This document shows, piece after piece, positions 1 through 9,300 of a stretch of DNA of 64,000 bases (within the stretch, counting starts at the first letter, position 1; every line of letters starts with the position of its first letter). The notes under the pieces were generated by a model. That model saw only the letters and a list, made by a program, of their open reading frames with translations. It searched no databases and was not told the DNA's origin. The position numbers were made by a program, and so were the translations under genes. The stretch is from Lepidodermella squamata. Taxonomy: Eukaryota > Animalia > Gastrotricha. The stretch is from NCBI GenBank assembly GCA_047495785.1, contig JBLDXI010000004.1:2108001-2172000 (forward strand). The letters are read 5' to 3'.

Positions 1-2067
1 CCAGAGCAACTACGTCCACGTAAGACACCACAGCCTCATGGCTATTTTGTTTTATTCTGCTCGGTTAATATTTACTAACAGAACGATTGGCTGCGCTGCC
101 GACCGGCATCTGGCACTGACAACTGTCGCCCGTACGACCTGTCGACGTATCCAACTTGTGCCACAGGAGAGACACAGGTTCTTTGATTTTTACAAAGCTT
201 GAGCATTTTACGTCACTAATTGGGTTTTGGGATCTATTAGGTGCCGGATACGTCTACACGTTACCAGTCGCAGGCCGCATGTACGAATGCTGTCATTGTA
301 AGTCAGCTAATGATTTTCATAGCTAAACTTAAGCGTTTCTCAACCTCCAGACCGAGTACGTGCTGTGCATGTCAACTAGCACTTACGTCGTTTCGTGCTT
401 ATCGACGTCGAGCAGTTCTTGCGCCGATGGAACCGTGCGTTTGTACTAACAACCGTGGAATCACATTGCCAGTGTTATGTTTTATAACAGAAACTGACAC
501 CGGCTGACGGCTCCAAGTTCTATTCTCTTTCGGCGTGCAATTCATGGAGCGGACTCGTAAGTGCCTCGTCTGTCTAATTCTGATGGCTACATCTGATTTT
601 TTCGCGAAATCTACAGCAATACGTGCGGTGTCTGCTGGCGAGCAACCCACGGCGCTGCATCCCATCGATATACACGTCAGGCGGCAACACCGGCTGCACG
701 GCACTCGGCGCGTCTTACACCCAGGTTCGTATTACATAGACGCCTTCCTCTGAGCAATATCTTGAACTCGAGTTGTTGTTATTTCAGTCTCCTGCAAGCA
801 CAACTTTCTCGACGTTAGCAGCGTGCCTGCTCGACGAACGACAGGTTTGCATTAAAAACACCGTGCAACCCATGTTGAATTATTGCGCCCTGTTATCATA
901 AAAGGTTACATGCTACTCGTTCGACTACAACTCGTTCCAGTGCCAGACGGACGTTATCGGCTGCTCGCAACTGCCTGCCGGGCCGTCCGGTGCTACGAAC
1001 GGTGCGTGGACCCGATTACCAGCCGCCGCTACGTACGCCTCACTTGCCTCCTGCACGTCCTACGCCCCATCAGCGTACAAACGATGCACCCGCCGTGCTA
1101 CAGGTCAGCAATTTTTTTATCATACAGGCGTGCACTTGAGGTATTCTGAGCAGCAGGAATATGCTTTTTCAATCCAGATTTCGATTTGGATGAGCTTCGT
1201 TTTAACTCGGGTTTTTAGCAAGGGGAGAATAGCAGGTGAAGGTTCAATACAGAGCACGAAGTACCGCTAAGGCTGGTAGGGATCACTGAATCAATGACCA
1301 GACGGTGGGATAGAGATCACTGATTTTCTTATTCATCGCCGGTTCACTGTCTGGTTCAGAACGATAGCATCATACGTCTGAAAATCATTCAAAATCATCG
1401 CCATCAGGCTGGGTCGAAAATATTCTAGCCGCAATTTTCAGCAATTTATTTTATGACAAAAATTGAAAATCGGCTTTTCTTATTCTAATAAATACCTACA
1501 GTTCGACATTTGAACGTTAGATATCAAGGAGAATTACAAAGCCTTGAAAACACATCTCACGTTTCTATCTACGTGTATTGACACTAGGTACGATCACGTG
1601 CCGTCCGGACGTGGCCGACTGCTGGTCGCCGACTGACCAGACGCTGCGCGAGTACTCGGTGACCGGGGCGACGTACGCATCGACGACGCTGTGCACGGCT
1701 GTCGTCGAGTACTACTACTGCTACGACACGGCGAATCCGACGACGGTGACGTGCCGCGACGCGAGCGTCGGCTGCGGCACACTCAAGCCACTGCGAGACT
1801 TCTCGTCCAACGTCGCCAACATCCGCGTGTTCTCCGACCAATCGTCGTGCCTCGCCTACAACCCCGGCACGTGGTACAAGTGCACGGTCAACGGCGTCAC
1901 CGTGTGCCGCCCGCTCAACGCCGAGATGGACTACACGGCGCCCACAACCTCCGTCAAGTGCCTCGCCACTGAAACCGTGAGTGACATCTCAACTTCTTAA
2001 GGTTTTAATTTAGTTTGCTTTTTTCCAGGCAAGCGCTTCATCGTACTCAACATCGGCGTGCACTTAG
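1..2067 (+). CDS. 3' part (10 exons, ~370 aa) of a spliced gene encoding a tandem four-cysteine-repeat, Ser/Thr-rich protein, probably extracellular; 5' end lies outside the window
   Basis: Hand-spliced exons 1-19, 82-177, 241-297, 351-434, 491-556, 617-724, 788-844, 905-1103, 1588-1976, 2029-2067 are all bounded by GT...AG. Introns are 52-63 bp except one of 484 bp. Phases are compatible, giving one stop-free frame that ends ...KCLATET|ASASSYSTSACT* (TAG 2065-2067) with a recurring [YW]xxC..C..C..[YF]xSxxxC pattern. Confidence 0.85.
82..177 (+). CDS. Exon of Cys-repeat gene (NDWLRCRPASGTDNCRPYDLSTYPTCATGETQ)
   Basis: ctaacag acceptor, gttctt donor, 96 nt, phase 0/0. Confidence 0.8.
241..297 (+). 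CDS. Exon of Cys-repeat gene (VPDTSTRYQSQAACTNAVI)
   Basis: attag acceptor, gtaagt donor, 57 nt, phase 0/0. Confidence 0.8.
351..434 (+). CDS. Exon of Cys-repeat gene (TEYVLCMSTSTYVVSCLSTSSSSCADGT)
   Basis: ctccag acceptor, gtgcgt donor, 84 nt, phase 0/0. Confidence 0.8.
491..556 (+). CDS. Exon of Cys-repeat gene (KLTPADGSKFYSLSACNSWSGL)
   Basis: taacag acceptor, gtaagt donor, 66 nt, phase 0/0. Confidence 0.8.
617..724 (+). CDS. Exon of Cys-repeat gene (QYVRCLLASNPRRCIPSIYTSGGNTGCTALGASYTQ)
   Basis: ctacag acceptor, gttcgt donor, 108 nt, phase 0/0. Confidence 0.8.
788..844 (+). CDS. Exon of Cys-repeat gene (SPASTTFSTLAACLLDERQ)
   Basis: atttcag acceptor, gtttgc donor, 57 nt, phase 0/0. 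Confidence 0.8.
905..1103 (+). CDS. Exon of Cys-repeat gene (VTCYSFDYNSFQCQTDVIGC...TYASLASCTSYAPSAYKRCTRRAT)
   Basis: Acceptor at 903-904 is weak (an in-frame alternative lies at 939-940, but 905 preserves the Cys pattern); donor gtcagc at 1104, phase 1. Confidence 0.72.
1588..1976 (+). CDS. Largest exon of Cys-repeat gene (TITCRPDVADC...KCLATET)
   Basis: Lies in ORF 1578..2000; actag acceptor, phase 1 matching the upstream exon; gtgagt donor at 1977; strongly GC3-biased codons. Confidence 0.88.
2029..2067 (+). CDS. Terminal coding exon of Cys-repeat gene (ASASSYSTSACT*)
   Basis: ttttccag acceptor after a 52-bp intron; supplies the final YSxxxC of the last repeat, then TAG. Confidence 0.78.
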   Translation, partial: ASASSYSTSACT

Positions 2068-2232
2068 TGCTAGCTGTTGGCTTCAACGATTCGGCAAGAC
2101 TTTTGAATCCAAGCAATGTGGCCGGTGTTTAATATTCCGCATTTTAGTTGATAGAGATTATGTCGCAGGAGTGTCTTCTCTATTTTTTATTTCCACGGAT
2201 TTTGAGCGATTAACGAGTTTACTTCTTGTTGA

Positions 2233-2238
2233 AATAAA
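2233..2238 (+). promoter_or_regulatory. Candidate polyadenylation signal AATAAA of the Cys-repeat gene
   Basis: Canonical hexamer about 165 nt after the stop codon, in an AT-rich 3' UTR-like region. Confidence 0.5.
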
Positions 2239-2817
2239 AGTAACTAAATGTTATTCATGAAAAACGCTTTGAAGCAACGAAAAACATCCAAAAAAGCTAC
2301 TATTGCAATCAGCATGTATCATATAGGCGAGTAACTAGTTCCAACACTTTGTTATGAATGTAGTTTTGGGTTTAGGGATCAAACACGTCCTTTGGGGGAA
2401 GCAAAGCCTGTCTCCCTTAATGAAAAATGTGGCAGCCTAAAGTAATCAGAAGTTCACTTCGATGGTTTTACGCGGCTATAATGCGCAGACGTGGAAGAAA
2501 AAAAATGCTATACAGAGTACTGCGCGCGCACTATATACACCATGCTCATAGCTTATTACATGCTATGTAGCATAATAAATGCTCCGGAGAAATGACCAAG
2601 GAGAAATGAAATGGTCATTCTATATTCTTTGTGAAGGAATAATCTCCGATACACATAAGGGACAACTGTCCTGCGATATTCAATGGGCTGACGAATGATA
2701 AATCAATTTGTCTTTTGAAACCTCAAGAAAATCGCAGTTGGAAGTTAGATGGAAGTTGGTTTTATTGATTTTGAAATTGTTCACGAGGATCATCAAAAGG
2801 ATTTCAAATTGCAAGTC

Positions 2818-3246
2818 TTAATTAGAAGGTTTAGCGTCAATGATACATGCAGCAGGTTTGTCGGCTACTTCCTCGTAAGCCATAATGACTGACCGGTAAG
2901 CTTCTGGAATTGTGCCTTTGTTAACCATTTCGATGAGATCTTTCTTGAGGCTAGATTCGATCGGCAATCGCTTTTCGTATTTGTGAACAAGTTGACAAGG
3001 AAATAAAATCACGTTTTTGTTACAGCGCTTGCCGACGAAAGTATGAAAAGCCAATAAGTCGAAAGCTTTTTTGGTTAGAAGATAATTAGTTTAGTCTTTC
3101 TCGTATCTGAACCAACATGGCTCCGACGATTTTACTTCGTTTTTCTGTTCGTCCTGCAAATAATGAGCGAACTTTGGGGACTTGTCAAAGCTGTAGAAAC
3201 TGGAAAATTGCATCTCAGTGATGCAGTATGGTTTCACTTTCGAGTG
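2818..3246 (-). pseudogene. C-terminal fragment of a DNA-transposon transposase, Sola-like (family assignment from recalled motifs)
   Basis: ORFs 3091..3435 and 2818..3054 share one frame, separated by a single TAA at 3091-3093. The joined peptide KVKPYCITEMQFSSFYSF...DEQKNEVK..CWFRYEKD*TNYLLTKKAF...YEKRLPIESSLKKDLIEMVNKGTIPEAY fits the P[FY]xVxEMxxxDF / WxRYxK / PIxxxKKxDLxxL..IPxxY order I recall from this group. No database search was run. Confidence 0.6.
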
Positions 3247-3318
3247 GTTTGGTGTTTCTGCGCCGTATACTTCGAGTCTCAGCTGCATAGCTGGCTGTTT
3301 TGCTGTTTTGGCTAATAT

Positions 3319-6300
3319 GGCTGGCAGCGAAATATCGGTCATCCGAAATGTTGGCGAATCGCCTGCAAACGAGTCTGCCCGTGTTGCCACTATCAAATGA
3401 AGCAAGAATATGCGTGATTTGCCTGGGTTCAGCACGTTTCCGATTAGCTGCGATGCGTACTAGGGTTGAAAACAGCGTTCCAGCCTGTTTTGGCTGGCAG
3501 CGAAATATCGGTCATCCGAAATGTTAGCGAATCGCCTGCAAACGTGTTTGCCCGTGTTGCCACTATCAAATGAAGCAAGAATATGCGTGATTTGCCTGGG
3601 TTCAGCACGTTTCCGATTAGCTGCGATGCGTACAAGGGTTGAAAACAGCGTTCCAGCCTGTTTTGGCTGGCAGCGAAATATCGGTCATCCGAAATGTGTG
3701 CGAATCGCTTGCAAACGTGTTTGCCCGTGTTGCCACTATCAAATGAAGCAAGAATATGCGTGATTTGCCTGGGTACAGCACGATTCCGCATAGCTGCGAT
3801 GCGTACAAGGGTTGAAAACAGCGTTCCAGCCTGTTTTGGCTGGCAGCGAAATATCGGTCATCCGAAATGTGTGCGAATCGCCTGCAAACGTGTTTGCCCG
3901 TGTTGCCACTATCAAATGAAGCAAGAATATGCGTGATTTGATTGGGTTCAGCGCGATTCCGATTAGCTGCGATGCGTACAAGGGTTGAAAACAGCGTTCC
4001 AGCCTGTTTTGGCTGGCAGCGAAATATCGGTCATCCGAAATGTGTGCGAATCGCCTGCAAACGTGTTTGCCCGTGTTGCCACTATCAAATGAAGCAAGAA
4101 TATGCGTGATTTGCCTGGGTTCAGCACGTTTCCGATTAGCTGCGATGCGTACAAGGGTTGAAAACAGCTTTCCAGCCTGTTTTGGCTGGCAGCGAAATAT
4201 CGGTCATCCGAAATGTGTGCGAATCGCCTGCAAACGTGTTTGCCCGTGTTGCCACTATCAAATGAAGCAAGAATATGCGTGATTTGCCTGGGTACAGCAC
4301 GATTCCGCATAGCTGCGATGCGTACAAGGGTTGAAAACAGCGTTCCAGCCTGTTTTGGCTGGCAGCGAAATATCGGTCATCCGAAATGTGTGCGAATCGC
4401 CTGCAAACGTGTTTGCCCGTGTTGCCACTATCAAATGAAGCAAGAATATGCGTGATTTGATTGGGTTCAGCGCGATTCCGATTAGCTGCGATGCGTACAA
4501 GGGTTGAAAACAGCGTTCCAGCCTGTTTTGGCTGGCAGCGAAATATCGGTCATCCGAAATGTGTGCGAATCGCCTGCAAACGTGTTTGCCCGTGTTGCCA
4601 CTATCAAATGAAGCAAGAATATGCGTGATTTGCCTGGGTTCAGCACGTTTCCGATTAGCTGCGATGCGTACAAGGGTTGAAAACAGCGTTCCAGCCTGTT
4701 TTGGCTGGCAGCGAAATATCGGTCATCCGAAATGTTAGCGAATCGCCTGCAAACGTGTTTGCCCGTGTTGCCACTATCAAATGAAGCAAGAATATGCGTG
4801 ATTTGCCTGGGTTCAGCACGTTTCCGATTAGCTGCGATGCGTACTAGGGTTGAAAACAGCGTTCCAGCCTGTTTTGGCTGGCAGCGAAATATCGGTCATC
4901 CGAAATGTGTGCGAATCGCCTGCAAACGTGTTTGCCCGTGTTGCCACTATCAAATGAAGCAAGAATATGCGTGATTTGCCTGGGTTCAGCACGTTTCCGA
5001 TTAGCTGCGATGCGTACAAGGGTTGAAAACAGCTTTCCAGCCTGTTTTGGCTGGCAGCGAAATATCCGAAATATCCGAAATGTTAGCGAATCGCCCGCAA
5101 ACGTGTTTGCCCGTGTTGCCACTATCAAATGAAGCAAGAATATGCGTGATTTGATTGGGTTCAGCGCGATTCCGATTAGCTGCGATGCGTACAAGGGTTG
5201 AAAACAGCGTTCCAGCCTGTTTTGGCTGGCAGCGAAATATCGGTCATCCGAAATGTGTGCGAATCGCCTGCAAACGTGTTTGCCCGTGTTGCCACTATCA
5301 AATGAAGCAAGAATATGCGTGATTTGATTGGGTTCAGCGCGATTCCGATTAGCTGCGATGCGTACAAGGGTTGAAAACAGCGTTCCAGCCTGTTTTGGCT
5401 GGCAGCGAAATATCCGAAATATCCGAAATGTTAGCGAATCGCCTGCAAACGTGTTTGCCCGTGTTGCCACTATCAAATGAAGCAAGAATATGCGTGATTT
5501 GCCTGGGTTCAGCACGTTTCCGATTAGCTGCGATGCGTACAAGGGTTGAAAACAGCTTTCCAGCCTGTTTTGGCTGGCAGCGAAATATCGGTCATCCGAA
5601 ATGTTAGCGAATCGCCTGCAAACGTGTTTGCCCGTGTTGCCACTATCAAATGAAGCAAGAATATGCGTGATTTGCCTGGGTTCAGCACGTTTCCGATTAG
5701 CTGCGATGCGTACAAGGGTTGAAAACAGCGTTCCAGCCTGTTTTGGCTGGCAGCGAAATATCGGTCATCCGAAATGTGTGCGAATCGCCTGCAAACGTGT
5801 TTGCCCGTGTTGCCACTATCAAATGAAGCAAGAATATGCGTGATTTGATTGGGTTCAGCGCGATTCCGATTAGCTGCGATGCGTACAAGGGTTGAAAACA
5901 GCTTTCCAGCCTGTTTTGGCTGGCAGCGAAATATCCGAAATATCCGAAATGTTAGCGAATCGCCCGCAAACGTGTTTGCCCGTGTTGCCACTATCAAATG
6001 AAGCAAGAATATGCGTGATTTGATTGGGTTCAGCGCGATTCCGATTAGCTGCGATGCGTACAAGGGTTGAAAACAGCGTTCCAGCCTGTTTTGGCTGGCA
6101 GCGAAATATCGGTCATCCGAAATGTGTGCGAATCGCCTGCAAACGTGTTTGCCCGTGTTGCCACTATCAAATGAAGCAAGAATATGCGTGATTTGATTGG
6201 GTTCAGCGCGATTCCGATTAGCTGCGATGCGTACAAGGGTTGAAAACAGCGTTCCAGCCTGTTTTGGCTGGCAGCGAAATATCCGAAATATCCGAAATGT

Positions 6301-9300
6301 TAGCGAATCGCCTGCAAACGTGTTTGCCCGTGTTGCCACTATCAAATGAAGCAAGAATATGCGTGATTTGCCTGGGTTCAGCACGTTTCCGATTAGCTGC
6401 GATGCGTACAAGGGTTGAAAACAGCTTTCCAGCCTGTTTTGGCTGGCAGCGAAATATCGGTCATCCGAAATGTTAGCGAATCGCCTGCAAACGTGTTTGC
6501 CCGTGTTGCCACTATCAAATGAAGCAAGAATATGCGTGATTTGCCTGGGTTCAGCACGTTTCCGATTAGCTGCGATGCGTACAAGGGTTGAAAACAGCGT
6601 TCCAGCCTGTTTTGGCTGGCAGCGAAATATCGGTCATCCGAAATGTGTGCGAATCGCCTGCAAACGTGTTTGCCCGTGTTGCCACTATCAAATGAAGCAA
6701 GAATATGCGTGATTTGATTGGGTTCAGCGCGATTCCGATTAGCTGCGATGCGTACAAGGGTTGAAAACAGCGTTCCCGCCTGTTTTGGCTGGCAGCGAAA
6801 TATCGGTCATCCGAAATGTGTGCGAATCGCCTGCAAACGTGTTTGCCCGTGTTGCCACTATCAAATGAAGCAAGAATATGCGTGATTTGATTGGGTTCAG
6901 CACGATTCCGCATAGCTGCGATGCGTACAAGGGTTGAAAACAGCGTTCCAGCCTGTTTTGGCTGGCAGCGAAATATCGGTCATCCGAAATGTGTGCGAAT
7001 CGCCTGCAAACGTGTTTGCCCGTGTTGCCACTATCAAATGAAGCAAGAATATGCGTGATTTGCCTGGGTACAGCACGATTCCGCATAGCTGCGATGCGTA
7101 CAAGGGTTGAAAACAGCGTTCCAGCCTGTTTTGGCTGGCAGCGAAATATCGGTCATCCGAAATGTGTGCGAATCGCCTGCAAACGTGTTTGCCCGTGTTG
7201 CCACTATCAAATGAAGCAAGAATATGCGTGATTTGCCTGGGTTCAGCACGTTTCCGATTAGCTGCGATGCGTACAAGGGTTGAAAACAGCTTTCCAGCCT
7301 GTTTTGGCTGGCAGCGAAATATCCGAAATATCCGAAATGTTAGCGAATCGCCCGCAAACGTGTTTGCCCGTGTTGCCACTATCAAATGAAGCAAGAATAT
7401 GCGTGATTTGATTGGGTTCAGCGCGATTCCGATTAGCTGCGATGCGTACAACGGTTGAAAACAGCGTTCCAGCCTGTTTTGGCTGGCAGCGAAATATCGG
7501 TCATCCGAAATGTGTGCGAATCGCCTGCAAACGTGTTTGCCCGTGTTGCCACTATCAAATGAAGCAAGAATATGCGTGATTTGCCTGGGTTCAGCACGTT
7601 TCCGATTAGCTGCGATGCGTACAAGGGTTGAAAACAGCGTTCCAGCCTGTTTTGGCTGGCAGCGAAATATCGGTCATCCGAAATGTGTGCGAATCGCCTG
7701 CAAACGTGTTTGCCCGTGTTGCCACTATCAAATGAAGCAAGAATATGCGTGATTTGATTGGGTTCAGCGCGATTCCGATTAGCTGCGATGCGTACAAGGG
7801 TTGAAAACAGCGTTCCCGCCTGTTTTGGCTGGCAGCGAAATATCGGTCATCCGAAATGTGTGCGAATCGCCTGCAAACGTGTTTGCCCGTGTTGCCACTA
7901 TCAAATGAAGCAAGAATATGCGTGATTTGCCTGGGTACAGCACGATTCCGCATAGCTGCGATGCGTACAAGGGTTGAAAACAGCGTTCCAGCCTGTTTTG
8001 GCTGGCAGCGAAATATCGGTCATCCGAAATGTGTGCGAATCGCCTGCAAACGTGTTTGCCCGTGTTGCCACTATCAAATGAAGCAAGAATATGCGTGATT
8101 TGATTGGGTTCAGCGCGATTCCGATTAGCTGCGATGCGTACAAGGGTTGAAAACAGCGTTCCAGCCTGTTTTGGCTGGCAGCGAAATATCGGTCATCCGA
8201 AATGTGTGCGAATCGCCTGCAAACGTGTTTGCCCGTGTTGCCACTATCAAATGAAGCAAGAATATGCGTGATTTGCCTGGGTACAGCACGATTCCGCATA
8301 GCTGCGATGCGTACAAGGGTTGAAAACAGCGTTCCCGCCTGTTTTGGCTGGCAGCGAAATATCGGTCATCCGAAATGTTAGCGAATCGCCTGCAAACGTG
8401 TTTGCCCGTGTTGCCACTATCAAATGAAGCAAGAATATGCGTGATTTGCCTGGGTACAGCACGATTCCGCATAGCTGCGATGCGTACAAGGGTTGAAAAC
8501 AGCGTTCCCGCCTGTTTTGGCTGGCAGCGAAATATCGGTCATCCGAAATGTGTGCGAATCGCCTGCAAACGTGTTTGCCCGTGTTGCCACTATCAAATGA
8601 AGCAAGAATATGCGTGATTTGCCTGGGTACAGCACGATTCCGCATAGCTGCGATGCGTACAAGGGTTGAAAACAGCGTTCCAGCCTGTTTTGGCTGGCAG
8701 CGAAATATCGGTCATCCGAAATGTGTGCGAATCGCCTGCAAACGTGTTTGCCCGTGTTGCCACTATCAAATGAAGCAAGAATATGCGTGATTTGATTGGG
8801 TTCAGCGCGATTCCGATTAGCTGCGATGCGTACAAGGGTTGAAAACAGCGTTCCAGCCTGTTTTGGCTGGCAGCGAAATATCGGTCATCCGAAATGTGTG
8901 CGAATCGCCTGCAAACGTGTTTGCCCGTGTTGCCACTATCAAATGAAGCAAGAATATGCGTGATTTGATTGGGTTCAGCACGATTCCGCATAGCTGCGAT
9001 GCGTACAAGGGTTGAAAACAGCGTTCCAGCCTGTTTTGGCTGGCAGCGAAATATCGGTCATCCGAAATATGTGCGAATCGCCTGCAAACGTGTTTGCCCG
9101 TGTTGCCACTATCAAATGAAGCAAGAATATGCGTGATTTGATTGGGTTCAGCGCGATTCCGATTAGCTGCGATGCGTACAAGGGTTGAAAACAGCGTTCC
9201 AGCCTGTTTTGGCTGGCAGCGAAATATCGGTCATCCGAAATGTGTGCGAATCGCCTGCAAACGTGTTTGCCCGTGTTGCCACTATCAAATGAAGCAAGAA

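Noticed and set aside
241-2260. Unspliced ORF-track calls (241..507, 399..704, 535..753, 883..1149, 1584..1841, 1691..1972, 2015..2260)
   Set aside because: They are off-frame, antisense or intron read-through shadows of the spliced Cys-repeat gene.
2366-2378. Telomere-like ttgggtttaggg
   Set aside because: Fewer than two perfect units, which is expected by chance.
3319-3491. Monomer as a tandem 5S rRNA, tRNA or spliced-leader RNA gene
   Set aside because: I could not recognise 5S or tRNA structure, pol III boxes with a terminator, or a leader/Sm-site arrangement. An Rfam/Infernal scan would settle this.
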